Of a stretch of DNA of 28,183 bases, positions 15,297 through 25,279 are shown one piece after another. Position 1 is the stretch's first letter. Each line of letters starts with the position of its first letter. Source of the DNA: an uncultured virus (IMG/VR IMGVR_UViG_3300001605_000015). Its lineage: Duplodnaviria > Heunggongvirae > Uroviricota > Caudoviricetes. A model generated the notes under the pieces. The model saw only the letters and a list, made by a program, of their open reading frames with translations, ran no database searches and had not been told where the DNA came from. The stretch covers positions 62,001 to 90,183 of IMG/VR virus record IMGVR_UViG_3300001605_000015. The stretch is one strand, 5' to 3'. The position numbers and the translations under genes were made by a program.

Positions 15297-15704
15297 ATGA
15301 CAAAGCGTATACGCTCTCTTTCCAAAATCAAGAAAAAGCCTGCCAAGCAAAGCGGCCCACAATACGCTTCTGAGGATCAAAAAGAAGCACACATTCTTCT
15401 TCGTCGTTTCGAGGACGGCAAAGAGGATCACGACGATCTTTTCATTCCGTTTATGACTTTCTTTGGCAGCATCTTCGATCACGCAATTCCTGAGATTATT
15501 GCTGCCCGCGTTATGTCTCGTATGAACGTAGAAATACGACACCACGCAGACGACAAAAAATTCTATGTAAGAGCTTGGCACCAAGACGGCGTATATCCCA
15601 ACGCTTCTCCGCAAGTTATCGTCAATGGCAGTTCGGAAAAGCTTTGGATAGCCGTTGCGCTATGCTATCTTCGACTATGCACCCGAACACTAAGGAAACA
15701 CTAA
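15297..15704 (+). CDS. hypothetical protein
   Basis: 135-aa ORF; TAATG overlap with the next gene. Confidence 0.7.
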   Translation: MTKRIRSLSKIKKKPAKQSGPQYASEDQKEAHILLRRFEDGKEDHDDLFIPFMTFFGSIFDHAIPEIIAARVMSRMNVEIRHHADDKKFYVRAWHQDGVYPNASPQVIVNGSSEKLWIAVALCYLRLCTRTLRKH

Positions 15705-16240
15705 TGTCCTACGTCTCTCGCGTTACTAGCGAACTCGACTCTGAAATCCGTGGCCGCAATCCATCGCTTAACGGACAGAAGCACGAAATCTACCTGTTCA
15801 TCAAAGAACACCCCGGCTGCACTCGTGGCGATGTTGCCCGCGCTACCAAAATCAAGTCGTCTACCTGCACGGCTCGTATCCGTGATTTGATCGACTTAGG
15901 TTTTGTATCTGCGTCTAAATCGCGGCGTGTCAAGGATCGTTCGGGCGTTAGCGTGGAAACACTTTACGCACTCAAAGATCATCTGCATAAAAAACCAAAG
16001 GATCGTGTGCTCGTCACCATCAAGCTTATGGTTGACGAAGCTGGTCGTTATCACGCTGCGGCCAAGGTTCTCGGAGAGCTACCAGTTTCCGGGGCTTTGC
16101 ACACAGTTATGGAAAAGGAAGTTACCGTAACAGCACCTTACGTCAGCGAATATAAGCATAAATTCGTTGATGACGTTCTCGCAGAAGTTCCTTTGACAGA
16201 TACTCTCAGCAATGTTCGCTTGATCGTAGATATGTCTTGA
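15704..16240 (+). CDS. winged-HTH (MarR-like) DNA-binding protein
   Basis: IYLFIKEHPGCTRGDVARATKIKSSTCTARIRDLIDLGFV; AAGGA RBS. Confidence 0.8.
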   Translation: MSYVSRVTSELDSEIRGRNPSLNGQKHEIYLFIKEHPGCTRGDVARATKIKSSTCTARIRDLIDLGFVSASKSRRVKDRSGVSVETLYALKDHLHKKPKDRVLVTIKLMVDEAGRYHAAAKVLGELPVSGALHTVMEKEVTVTAPYVSEYKHKFVDDVLAEVPLTDTLSNVRLIVDMS

Positions 16241-16280
16241 GTTAATATGCCCTTGATCTACCACTAAAGGGGCCAAGGGC

Positions 16281-16664
16281 ATGAAATTCGGCGTAATCAG
16301 CAGCCGTGACCGAAACGGCGAAGTTTTCGAAAATTCTGACTATGTTCAGAAATGTCTTACTCAGGTTGTAAAGGGTTTCTGCCCCAACCAAGGCAAAGGA
16401 ACCGTGATTATTTCGGGAGGCGGTCGCGGCCCCGAAACCATTGCTATCGAATATGCGACAAAGAACCATTTCGAGGTTGAGAAGGTCGTTCCGCATATCA
16501 AGACGCTTGGTATCGAAAAAGCTTTCTTGTCGCGGAACCGTTCGATCATCAACATGTGTGACATCCTGATCGTGTTCTGGACTGGCGAGAACCCGACGAT
16601 CACGGCGGCGCTGAATGATGCAGCGTTCCTTGAACGTCCGGTCGTCATGTTCCCTATCGTATAA
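16281..16664 (+). CDS. SLOG-superfamily protein (DUF2493/YspA-like)
   Basis: ISSR...IISGGGRGPE..A..YA...RNRSII..CD..IVFW. Confidence 0.75.
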   Translation: MKFGVISSRDRNGEVFENSDYVQKCLTQVVKGFCPNQGKGTVIISGGGRGPETIAIEYATKNHFEVEKVVPHIKTLGIEKAFLSRNRSIINMCDILIVFWTGENPTITAALNDAAFLERPVVMFPIV

Positions 16665-16686
16665 CACGGTTATAAAGGATGCTGCT

Positions 16687-18255
16687 ATGTCTACAAAAAA
16701 GTGGACCCACCGGGACGTTCAAGCGCCCCGTCTAAGGATACTTCTTGATCCTGTCTACGTTCAGGTTGCCAACCTCGGCTCTTCATCCACCTACCAGAAA
16801 TACGTATCCCTGACCCGCGAACTCGTGAAGCGCGGGCATTTTGTATACTGGATGCTGCCTGACGTTGACTACATCGCAAACCCTATCGAAGATCATCCGA
16901 ACGTAGGGATCATTCGAACTGAGTATATTCAGGATCAGTTTGTTGTGGACGGTCTTGTAACTGACTCGTTCTTCAACATGTTCAATCGTATCGCGGGCAA
17001 GTATCACATCGACGTGGTATGCACTTCTCGCACAGGTGCCGCAAACATGATCAAGCGGGTTTTGGAAAGCCCTCGTTTTCATGACAACGGCGGCAACTAC
17101 ACCGATAAGCACTATGGCTTGCCTATGGTCGTTATCGAAGAGTTTCCGCAGACACGCTTTCGTTCACATGTTGGGCAGGCTTACTGGCTTGCTCAATGTC
17201 AAGGCTACATGTCTAGCGACCTGACCGTTTTCATCTCTGACCATAACCGTTCCGAGGTTGTTGAGGGAATGGTGCCTATCTACCGTCCTAACACCATTCA
17301 GGACTGGATAAATCGCTGCACTGTAATTCCGTCAGGCATTGAAACTGCGGAGCTTGACACCTACTACCAAACTGATCGCTGGAAGCACGAAACAGGATTT
17401 CGCGTTATCAGCGTCGGTCGTATCATGGGCGTCAGCTACACGCAGTTTCTTGATTGGAGCCGTATGCTTTACGCAGCAGGCATGGATGCCAAGCTTATAG
17501 TTTCCTTGTCTGGAAAACTCGGTGGTCCCATGAAGAAGCGGCTCAGCAAGGACGGGATCACGTTTACCTCAGACAAGCCGTATTATCAGTTGATCGAAAA
17601 CAACCCTCGTGTTGCATTCCTGAAACTCTTGCGAACCGTTCACGCAGGTATCGTTCCCATGTCGCACCTTGACTGCCCTGTAGGCGTCAGCGAGGCGCTA
17701 TACATGGGTGTTCCGCTGGTGATGCCGGAAGCGGATTACCAAAAGACGTTCTTCCCAGACTACCCATTCGTTGTAAAGCCGTCTGACCGCAACGGATTGC
17801 TGGGCCATCTACAATTCATCAAGGAAAACCCCCAAGAAGCTCGTGACATGATCGAACCGTGGCGGCAGCATTTGAAAGGAACCTTCGATGCTCCTACGAA
17901 CATTGCGAAGCTTGTTGACGAGCTTGAAGAGGTTGCCAGAAAGCCTTTGCCTAAGTTCAAGACGAGCGGTGCTATACTTGAGTTCCTTACCGAACTCAAA
18001 GGTGAACGGTATACCTTTGATGACGTGGTGGCGTATCTGCGCAAGTGTGGATTCATGGGTATCTCCATCGGGGACTTGGGTATTCGTGCAACTTGGACCT
18101 ATGGTCGAGGAGCTATCCACCATGCCATGCGATATGTCGGATACGTAGATTTGTGCGACGGTCCAGAAGATGCCTTTGTTCGTCGTGATGTGTTTGAGCG
18201 CATGAACCAGACCACCCCTTCCTCTACTCGTAAAACGCGGAGAAAAGCAAAATGA
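16687..18255 (+). CDS. GT-B fold glycosyltransferase
   Basis: LVKRGHFV, VFISDH, VIPSGI, ISVGRI, GVSEALYMGVPLV motifs. Confidence 0.8.
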   Translation: MSTKKWTHRDVQAPRLRILLDPVYVQVANLGSSSTYQKYVSLTRELVKRGHFVYWMLPDVDYIANPIEDHPNVGIIRTEYIQDQFVVDGLVTDSFFNMFNRIAGKYHIDVVCTSRTGAANMIKRVLESPRFHDNGGNYTDKHYGLPMVVIEEFPQTRFRSHVGQAYWLAQCQGYMSSDLTVFISDHNRSEVVEGMVPIYRPNTIQDWINRCTVIPSGIETAELDTYYQTDRWKHETGFRVISVGRIMGVSYTQFLDWSRMLYAAGMDAKLIVSLSGKLGGPMKKRLSKDGITFTSDKPYYQLIENNPRVAFLKLLRTVHAGIVPMSHLDCPVGVSEALYMGVPLVMPEADYQKTFFPDYPFVVKPSDRNGLLGHLQFIKENPQEARDMIEPWRQHLKGTFDAPTNIAKLVDELEEVARKPLPKFKTSGAILEFLTELKGERYTFDDVVAYLRKCGFMGISIGDLGIRATWTYGRGAIHHAMRYVGYVDLCDGPEDAFVRRDVFERMNQTTPSSTRKTRRKAK

Positions 18256-19049
18256 CAAAGCTACAGGCAAGCAAGCTCAAGGTGTTCGATATTCCTGTCG
18301 AGTTGCTTTTTGGCGATGAGTTAAACCCGAATGAGATGAAGGAAGACAAGTTCGACCTTCTTGTTCAGGAGATTCAAGAAAACGGCTTTGACGAACCGAT
18401 CATCGTCATTCCGCACCCGCAGAAAGAAGGCAGCTATCTTATCGCTGGCGGGCATCACCGCGTAAAGGCGGCGAAGCAGATCGGTATGGAAGCTGTTCCT
18501 TCCGTGATCAAAGAAAGCTGGGACGAAGATCAACAAAAGATCGCACTGGTCAAACGCAACATCGTTCACGGCCAGATGAATACGCAAAAGTTTACCGCAC
18601 TTTACGGAGAGCTTGCCAAGAAGTATGACGCATCTCTTCTCAAAACGATGCTAGGTTTCACTCAAAAGAAAGAGTTTGAAGCCGTTTACGAAGGTGTTGA
18701 GAAATCACTAACCCCCAAGCAGAAAAAAGTGCTGGCGAAAGCTAAGGAAAAGATCAAATCGGTCGATGACCTTACGTCTGTGCTGCATGGCATCTTTAAG
18801 GAGCAGGGATCGGAAGCTGACAGCAGCTACGTTGTCTTTTCTTTTGGAGGAAAGCGGCATCATTACATCCAGATTGACGATGCTACAGACAAGCTTCTTT
18901 CCAGTATCAAGACGGACGTTGAAAACAGCGGCGGCTCTATGCAGGATTTCTTACAACAGGTTATAGCAGAAGCTTCCGTATCCGCAGATAGGATCAAGCC
19001 CGTCGCAAAGAAAACCAAGAAGCGCGTTGTTCGTAAGAAGCAGTCATGA
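18252..19049 (+). CDS. ParB/Srx-like N-terminal domain protein
   Basis: NPNEM...IQENGFDEPIIV...IAGGHHRVKAA. Confidence 0.85.
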   Translation: MTKLQASKLKVFDIPVELLFGDELNPNEMKEDKFDLLVQEIQENGFDEPIIVIPHPQKEGSYLIAGGHHRVKAAKQIGMEAVPSVIKESWDEDQQKIALVKRNIVHGQMNTQKFTALYGELAKKYDASLLKTMLGFTQKKEFEAVYEGVEKSLTPKQKKVLAKAKEKIKSVDDLTSVLHGIFKEQGSEADSSYVVFSFGGKRHHYIQIDDATDKLLSSIKTDVENSGGSMQDFLQQVIAEASVSADRIKPVAKKTKKRVVRKKQS

Positions 19050-19696
19050 GCAAGACACCAAACATACGGCGTAGGCGGATCAGGGCAAAGCCGAGCACAC
19101 GGGAAGAGCGTCAGGCAGAAGCCTTGACAGCTTATGAACGACAGACGCGCGTTGCCTTGAACTACATCAACAATCACCCGCAGTATCCGACTATTGTCGG
19201 TATGATGCGACTTGGAACCAGCAACGGAGACATTGCTGATTTCTTCATTGAACGCGGGGATTTTCAGGTAAACAGGAAAACGGCCATCTCATACCTTTCC
19301 ATGTTTCGGAAAGCCAATCCCGCTATATGTAAACCTACCGAGGATAACGATGATCTTGGTTATGATCATCTGTTCGACGGCAACCGTGCGCTGGTTACTG
19401 CGGAGACTGAGCTTGCCAAGCTTATTCAGTTGCAGAAAGCTCGCCTAGCCATCGACTTCAAATCCGAACGTAGTATCGGGAAACTGTTTAACACCACGCA
19501 CAAGGAAGTTGCTGTGCTTGGTGAGCTTCTCGAAAAATACAGTAAAGTTCGTCTAGGAAAAGGCAGCGGCGGCGTTCTATCCTCTGTTCCTCTAAGCGAG
19601 GACGTAAAAGACGGTGTGCAGAACATCCGTCATGACGAAGAGAAGCGAAACGCTTTGACGAATGCGCTGTTTAATCTACTAACCCCCGGAGATTGA
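19046..19696 (+). CDS. candidate terminase small subunit
   Basis: lies directly before TerL; HTH-like N-part and helical C-part; assignment is positional. Confidence 0.5.
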   Translation: MSKTPNIRRRRIRAKPSTREERQAEALTAYERQTRVALNYINNHPQYPTIVGMMRLGTSNGDIADFFIERGDFQVNRKTAISYLSMFRKANPAICKPTEDNDDLGYDHLFDGNRALVTAETELAKLIQLQKARLAIDFKSERSIGKLFNTTHKEVAVLGELLEKYSKVRLGKGSGGVLSSVPLSEDVKDGVQNIRHDEEKRNALTNALFNLLTPGD

Positions 19697-19697
19697 T

Positions 19698-21710
19698 ATG
19701 GCTGTTAAGAGAAAGCCCTCTGCCGAAGCTTACAGACATGCGGAAATCATCGAAGCTATAACACGGTTACAAAACGATCTGGACGAGATTGACGATCCGC
19801 GTATCTCGGAACAGTTCCGCGCCGCTATAGCCGAGGTAAAGAAAGACGGCGATTTCGAGAAGCTTATTGAGCTTACTCGTTATCGTCGCACACCTGTAAG
19901 CTTGGAAGAGTTTCTATACGGCAGCATGTATCTTGGTCTTAACCCAAGTGAGCTATATCCGGGTGTGACAGAGGCTTTGTTTGAGCTTGAGACGGGTAAA
20001 TACGTTGAAGCGGTTCTAAAGGGCAGCATTGGCGGCGGTAAAACCACTGTCGCTAACATAGGCATCCTGCGACAGCTTTATCTGATTTCCTGTTTACGCA
20101 ACCCGCAGGCAACCTTCGGTGTGCAGCGTAACTCTTCACTGGTCTTTACAATCCAGTCGGTTCGCTTGTCCACGGCTAAGAAAGCCGTGTTTCAGGAAAT
20201 GGGTGCCTACATCGCCAACTCGCCCTACTTCAACAAAATTTACCCTTATGACAAGCGCATCACGTCTGAGATGATTTTCAGGGAACAGCATGTAACCATC
20301 ATGCCTGTTTCGTCTTCGGATACTGGTGCCATCTCGCTTAACGTGATCGGCGGCTTGCTGGACGAAATGAACTTCATGCAGAAGGTCACAAAATCTAAGC
20401 AGGATGGGGCAGACCTTTCCGGCGAGTATGACCAAGCCAAGAACCTTTACCTTAACCTGTCGAAGCGGCGCAGGTCTCGATTTATGGCACGAGGTAAGTT
20501 GCCGGGTATCCTTTTCCTCGTGTCTTCGTCTCGCTATCCTGACGACTTCACCGAAGTTAAAGCGGCGGAAGCCGAGATGTGCGGCGGTCCTGATCCGCAG
20601 ATTTACGTCTGGTCAAAGTCTCTTTGGGAATCGAAAGGACGTGAGCGATACAGCCCAGCTAACTTCCGTGTCCTAATCGGCAACGAAAAATTCAAATCTC
20701 GTATTATGAAGGAAGACGAGCCAGTTCCTACTGATATGGAATCAATCGAGGTTCCAGAGGATTTCCGTTCGGAATTTCTCAAAGATATGGACGGCTCTAT
20801 CCGAGACCTTGCTGGCCGCACTACACTGGCAACTCGACCGTTCCTGCGTAACCGAGAAGCCATCTTCAACTGCATGAACCTTGCGGAGCAGTATGGCTAT
20901 CGCACTGTGCATAATCTTGAAGAGGTTGATCTTAGCATATCTATACCGCAGGTGATCGAAAACAATATCAGGTCAGACGTTAAGCAGATGCGCGTCTGCC
21001 ACGTTGACTTGGCCGTTACGCGAGATAGCGCGGGCTTGGCTATTGGTCACGTCGCCGGAACCAAGACTATGCAAAAGACCAACTTTGAAACAGGCGAAAT
21101 CATCACAGAGACTTTGCCTGTTATTGCGTTTGACGCGGTGCTAAGGATCGTTCCTCCGCAGGCTGGTGAAATTGACTTCTCGTTGATACGTCAGATCATA
21201 TTCGATTTGAAAGAGCGGCACGGCTTGCCTATCAAGGTTGTAACTACTGACGGCTTCAACAGCGTGGACTTCCGTCAAATCCTTGCCAAGAAAGGTTACG
21301 CCACTGATTACCTGTCTGTTGACCGGACAACGCAACCTTACATAACTGTTCGTGACGCTATCAATGACGGAAGGCTTTTCCTGCCGCGTCACCAATGGTT
21401 GTTGAAAGAGCTTGTTGAGCTTGAGTATGTTCGATCCAATTCAAAAGAAAAGGTCGATCACCGTGAGCGTGGTTCGAAGGATATTGCGGACGCAGTTTGC
21501 GGCGTGACTTCCTACCTAATGACGCGCCGACAGGCTTGGACGCAGCAACCTATATTCATGGGACAGGGCGGCTACTTGCTTCATGGTAGCAGGACTTATC
21601 ATGAGGGTATGAGTCTCATGAAAAGAAGCGAGGAAGAGACGGTAAAATCCCTTCAATCAGTTAGAAAAACTGTATCTCGCCGCTCCACGAGTAGGCGATC
21701 TAATCATTGA
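19698..21710 (+). CDS. terL: terminase large subunit
   Basis: Walker A GSIGGGKT, Walker B GLLDE, nuclease HVDLA...DGF...SKDIADAV. Confidence 0.92.
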   Translation: MAVKRKPSAEAYRHAEIIEAITRLQNDLDEIDDPRISEQFRAAIAEVKKDGDFEKLIELTRYRRTPVSLEEFLYGSMYLGLNPSELYPGVTEALFELETGKYVEAVLKGSIGGGKTTVANIGILRQLYLISCLRNPQATFGVQRNSSLVFTIQSVRLSTAKKAVFQEMGAYIANSPYFNKIYPYDKRITSEMIFREQHVTIMPVSSSDTGAISLNVIGGLLDEMNFMQKVTKSKQDGADLSGEYDQAKNLYLNLSKRRRSRFMARGKLPGILFLVSSSRYPDDFTEVKAAEAEMCGGPDPQIYVWSKSLWESKGRERYSPANFRVLIGNEKFKSRIMKEDEPVPTDMESIEVPEDFRSEFLKDMDGSIRDLAGRTTLATRPFLRNREAIFNCMNLAEQYGYRTVHNLEEVDLSISIPQVIENNIRSDVKQMRVCHVDLAVTRDSAGLAIGHVAGTKTMQKTNFETGEIITETLPVIAFDAVLRIVPPQAGEIDFSLIRQIIFDLKERHGLPIKVVTTDGFNSVDFRQILAKKGYATDYLSVDRTTQPYITVRDAINDGRLFLPRHQWLLKELVELEYVRSNSKEKVDHRERGSKDIADAVCGVTSYLMTRRQAWTQQPIFMGQGGYLLHGSRTYHEGMSLMKRSEEETVKSLQSVRKTVSRRSTSRRSNH

Positions 21711-21736
21711 CAAACCATGTAATAACGGGTTATTAT
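21707..21736 (+). promoter_or_regulatory. sigma70 promoter with an embedded palindrome
   Basis: TTGACA-N18-TATTAT; TAATAAC-GG-GTTATTA at 21720-21735. Confidence 0.7.
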
Positions 21737-21761
21737 ACAAAGCAACCACGGAGCCTATTTC

Positions 21762-22118
21762 ATGCAAGACAAGCTATCGGTTAAAAACGCTTCTTTAACG
21801 AAGCTATAGTATCAGACGCATCGGAAATTCTTATTCGTGTGTCGGGATACGACGTTTACCGAGGAACCGCCAATTCCAAACAACTTTCAGGCAATCGTTC
21901 GTTTTCAGAACGCTACGTTGCCTTGGTCAGTTTGCGTCGATGCGGACCCTTACATTGCTTTGACCACGGTTCTGCGGAATGCTGTAAAGCGAGACGCACC
22001 TATCGCTAATAAGGAAACCACGAACCATGCCGTTAGCAAAGACAAGCCCAGACTACTACGAAAAGCCCCTGTCGCCAGAGTCCGACCTCGCCCGAAGCAA
22101 CTACGAAAGCCGACTTGA
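21762..22118 (+). pseudogene. ORF interrupted by an in-frame TAG at 21807-21809
   Basis: promoter, ACCACGGAG RBS and ATG 21762 are in frame with ORF 21837..22118. Confidence 0.45.
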
Positions 22119-22557
22119 AGCTATCGAAGAGCGGATCAGCAAAGAGCCAAACCCGATCAAGCGTTTGAAGCTGCAAAAGCAGTATCGCATGGTTGAGTAT
22201 ATGCTTTCTTGGCAGGGCGCTAATCCCAAGGAACTCGACCTTGACGAACTCAAAGAGGTTTGCAACCAGCCTCTTCACGAAGATGCTCTCTTTGACAAAT
22301 ATCGAGCAAGGATTAAAAGCCCCGCCACAGGCATTCGTGCATTTTGCATTGATTGTCAGGGCGGCTCCCTTGTCGGCGTCAAGGACTGCACTTCACTGAC
22401 TTGCCCCCTGTGGAATTTCCGCATGGGTAAAGACCCGCTTCGCGGATACGAGCTACCGCCATACATTGATCCTGTTATCGACGGGGAAGAAACCGACGAA
22501 GATGAAACGCTTCTCGAAACCGACGATGACGAAGACGACGAGGATGCGGAGGAATAA
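22027..22557 (+). CDS. Cys4-domain hypothetical protein with acidic tail
   Basis: IRAFCIDCQG...CTSLTCPLWNFRMG. Confidence 0.8.
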   Translation: MPLAKTSPDYYEKPLSPESDLARSNYESRLEAIEERISKEPNPIKRLKLQKQYRMVEYMLSWQGANPKELDLDELKEVCNQPLHEDALFDKYRARIKSPATGIRAFCIDCQGGSLVGVKDCTSLTCPLWNFRMGKDPLRGYELPPYIDPVIDGEETDEDETLLETDDDEDDEDAEE

Positions 22558-22559
22558 TC

Positions 22560-22991
22560 ATGCGTATCAAAAAGCGTTCTGTATCTTCTGAACCCACATC
22601 GCAAGCAAGCGAACCTGACATGCCCAAGTTTCCCAACATAGAAGCCAAGCCTAAAAAGCCTGTTGACGACAGCGGCTTCTTTTCCGGTAATGATCGCCTA
22701 AACAGGGAAAACGCTCTTCGCTTTGGTCTCGTTGCTCAATCGTGCGGATCAGCCCCGTCCGACATTCCCTTGTCCGTAGCGGATCGTTTCAAGCTTCTGC
22801 GGACGCCTTACGATACCAGCACGGCCACGGAACAGCGTTACCGCAATCGTGTCCGTAACAGGCAAACAGCGATTACCGCGTTCTGCGTAACTTGCACAGG
22901 TAGCCGCAAGGGCGTTACTGAGTGTGCGGCGGTAACTTGCCCTCTTTGGGCGTTTCGTCTAGGCAGCAACCCCTACAGGACCAAGCGGTAA
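22560..22991 (+). CDS. Cys4-domain hypothetical protein, paralog of the upstream gene
   Basis: ITAFCVTCTG...CAAVTCPLWAFRLG; GGAGG RBS. Confidence 0.8.
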   Translation: MRIKKRSVSSEPTSQASEPDMPKFPNIEAKPKKPVDDSGFFSGNDRLNRENALRFGLVAQSCGSAPSDIPLSVADRFKLLRTPYDTSTATEQRYRNRVRNRQTAITAFCVTCTGSRKGVTECAAVTCPLWAFRLGSNPYRTKR

Positions 22992-22995
22992 TAAC

Positions 22996-23481
22996 ATGGT
23001 TATACGGAAGCGTCGATCTTACGAGGATGTTGCAGAGGAAAAACTCGGTCCTGAGTGGAAGCGGGTTTTGCGTCATCCTGTTATTGCGGGCATTGTAAAC
23101 TCTACTACCTGCGAACAAGACGCTTCCGCTTCCCATATAATAGGTTTGATAAACCAAGCCAAGGCAAGCCATCGTTTCTCGGATATGCCTCTGCAAGAGA
23201 AGCTCTTTTTGTATTTCTTTTGTAGTGTTGCTTGGCGTGGCCTCTGTCTAGTTCTTCTCACAGACCCCGAATACAACATGCTCGTTAGGCATCTATACAG
23301 TGGAAAATGTCTTGAGAAAATAGAAGGGCATGGCGTTCCTCTAGCGCATAGACAAGCATTCCTATGGGATATGCCAGCCATAGCTAAGGGTTTCAAAAAA
23401 GCAGGTAGCATGGAGCTTCCAGTAATCGTCTTTGAGAAGCCGCATGTGAAGCGAAAACGGCTTCCTAAGCACAAAGCATAA
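22996..23481 (+). CDS. hypothetical protein
   Basis: 161-aa ORF; ATG forms the centre of a palindrome. Confidence 0.7.
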   Translation: MVIRKRRSYEDVAEEKLGPEWKRVLRHPVIAGIVNSTTCEQDASASHIIGLINQAKASHRFSDMPLQEKLFLYFFCSVAWRGLCLVLLTDPEYNMLVRHLYSGKCLEKIEGHGVPLAHRQAFLWDMPAIAKGFKKAGSMELPVIVFEKPHVKRKRLPKHKA

Positions 23482-23546
23482 TCTTCCGTTGAAGTTGTTT
23501 CTATAACTGGTTATAGTAAAGCCCAAACATCAAGGGCGAGCCGGTT

Positions 23547-25265
23547 ATGTCAAAAACACGCATCAAGAAGCGCGGTTCTCTAGCGCATAATACCAGAAAG
23601 TCTTTCGGTAACTCTGCGCAAGCGGTGCGCACAGAAGCCGGAACCACCACTCATCTGCAAAGCCTTCTTGAACCCGTAACCGTTCAAAAAGGTCTTTTCG
23701 GCTTCAACGACCTTACTACATTCGAAAGTGACGGCACCCTCGTATTCGATATTGCTTTTTCGGATACTGACGGGGTTTTGCCAATCGTCAACCCGATATT
23801 CCCTTACAAGCAACTTTCCCAGATTTACATTTCCAGCACTACTTTGCGTGAATGTATTTCGGCGTATGTCACGAATATCGAAAGTTACGGCATTCGCTTT
23901 GACTATATCGGACCCGAAGGCCGCAAAGACAGCTTGCCCGCTCGTCGTGAAAAGGAACGCCTAGAGTCCTTCGTAGAATCCTTGGTTTCTAACGGCGAGA
24001 CACTTGAGCAAGCTCGTGTTCGTTCTCGCATCGACAAAGAGGTTATCGGGGCGCGGGCCTTTGAGATAATGCAGGACGAGGCGGGGCGCGTTGTGAACAT
24101 CTCCCGCATTCCATCCAATACTCTTTTGATGACTCGTCTTGAAAAAGAGCCAATCGAGGTCATGGTATGGAATGCCCGTCGCGGCGTATTCATGACACAT
24201 CGCCGTCGCTTCCGTCGCTTTGTTCAGCGAGACGTGTTCGGTCGCATGATCTATTTCAAGGAATGGGGAGACCCTCGTCCTATTGATCCTACCACGGGGC
24301 GCGTAAACACTTCGCTCTCTATCGAACAGGAAGCAACCAGCATTTACTATGATGCGTATTATACGCCGGGATCGCCCTACGGCACTCCACAGTGGTCGGG
24401 CTGCATCCCTGCTATGCTCGGAAGCCGTGAAGCGGAAATGGTCAATCTTTCGTTCTTCCGCGACAACGCAATTCCGGCAATGGCCGTCATGGTTTCTGGC
24501 GGCGCACTGACCGAGGAAAGCTACAGCAAGATCGTGAACTATTTTAGCGGGGTGCGTGGGCAGGGTTCCATGAACCGCATCGTTGTTCTTGAAGCAACAA
24601 CGGAAGCTTCTGACATGGCGGCTATTGACGGTTCGTCTTCGGCTCCGAAGGTTGACATCAAGCCCATGCTCTCTGACCGACAGCACGAAGGGCTTTTCTC
24701 GGTATATATCAAGGAAGCCTCCGAAAAGATTCGCCAGTCGTTCCGCTTGCCACCTATCTATATTGGCTCTGCCGAAGAGTATAACCGTGCAAGCGCATTT
24801 GCCTCCATGCAGACAGCGGAGCAGCAGGTCTTTGTTCCTGAGCGTCAAGCTTGGGACGACTTTATGGCGCAAGTTGTTTTGCGCGATTGGGACTTGCGTT
24901 ATTGGGCTGTTCGTTCGGCGCAACCGTCTTACAACGACCCCACGGAGATTTCCCAGCTTCTTACGGTTCTGGGTGCTCAAGGCGCTTTGACGCCTAACGT
25001 CTGTATCGACCTTGCCAATCGCTATCTTAATACCCGTATCGAACCTGTTACGGACGATTGGGGCGATATGCCGTGGAACGCAACACTCGTGAACCTTAAT
25101 CGCGGCGCAAAGGTCGAAGGGTTCGAATACATTACCGATTACCTGTCTGACACGTTGTCTGGAACACCAGCACCTACCGATACCAACGAAATCGCAAAAT
25201 CCGTTCACATGATGCTTGACGAACTCGTTGAAAACGTGAACCGGGTTTACGGTCAGATCAAATAA
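23547..25265 (+). CDS. portal protein (PBSX/XkdE-like)
   Basis: YGTPQW, NLSFFRDNAIPAMAVMVSGG, IRQSFRLPPIYIG; position and size. Confidence 0.9.
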   Translation: MSKTRIKKRGSLAHNTRKSFGNSAQAVRTEAGTTTHLQSLLEPVTVQKGLFGFNDLTTFESDGTLVFDIAFSDTDGVLPIVNPIFPYKQLSQIYISSTTLRECISAYVTNIESYGIRFDYIGPEGRKDSLPARREKERLESFVESLVSNGETLEQARVRSRIDKEVIGARAFEIMQDEAGRVVNISRIPSNTLLMTRLEKEPIEVMVWNARRGVFMTHRRRFRRFVQRDVFGRMIYFKEWGDPRPIDPTTGRVNTSLSIEQEATSIYYDAYYTPGSPYGTPQWSGCIPAMLGSREAEMVNLSFFRDNAIPAMAVMVSGGALTEESYSKIVNYFSGVRGQGSMNRIVVLEATTEASDMAAIDGSSSAPKVDIKPMLSDRQHEGLFSVYIKEASEKIRQSFRLPPIYIGSAEEYNRASAFASMQTAEQQVFVPERQAWDDFMAQVVLRDWDLRYWAVRSAQPSYNDPTEISQLLTVLGAQGALTPNVCIDLANRYLNTRIEPVTDDWGDMPWNATLVNLNRGAKVEGFEYITDYLSDTLSGTPAPTDTNEIAKSVHMMLDELVENVNRVYGQIK

Positions 25266-25279
25266 CCGGGTTATAAGCG

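Noticed and set aside
18252..19049. parABS plasmid-prophage partition system
   Set aside because: No ParA nearby; GHHR rather than GxRR; context is packaging and modification.
23961..25208. 415-aa minus-strand ORF and other long antisense ORFs (25878..26708, 27426..28076, 10850..11554)
   Set aside because: Shadows of well-supported + strand genes.
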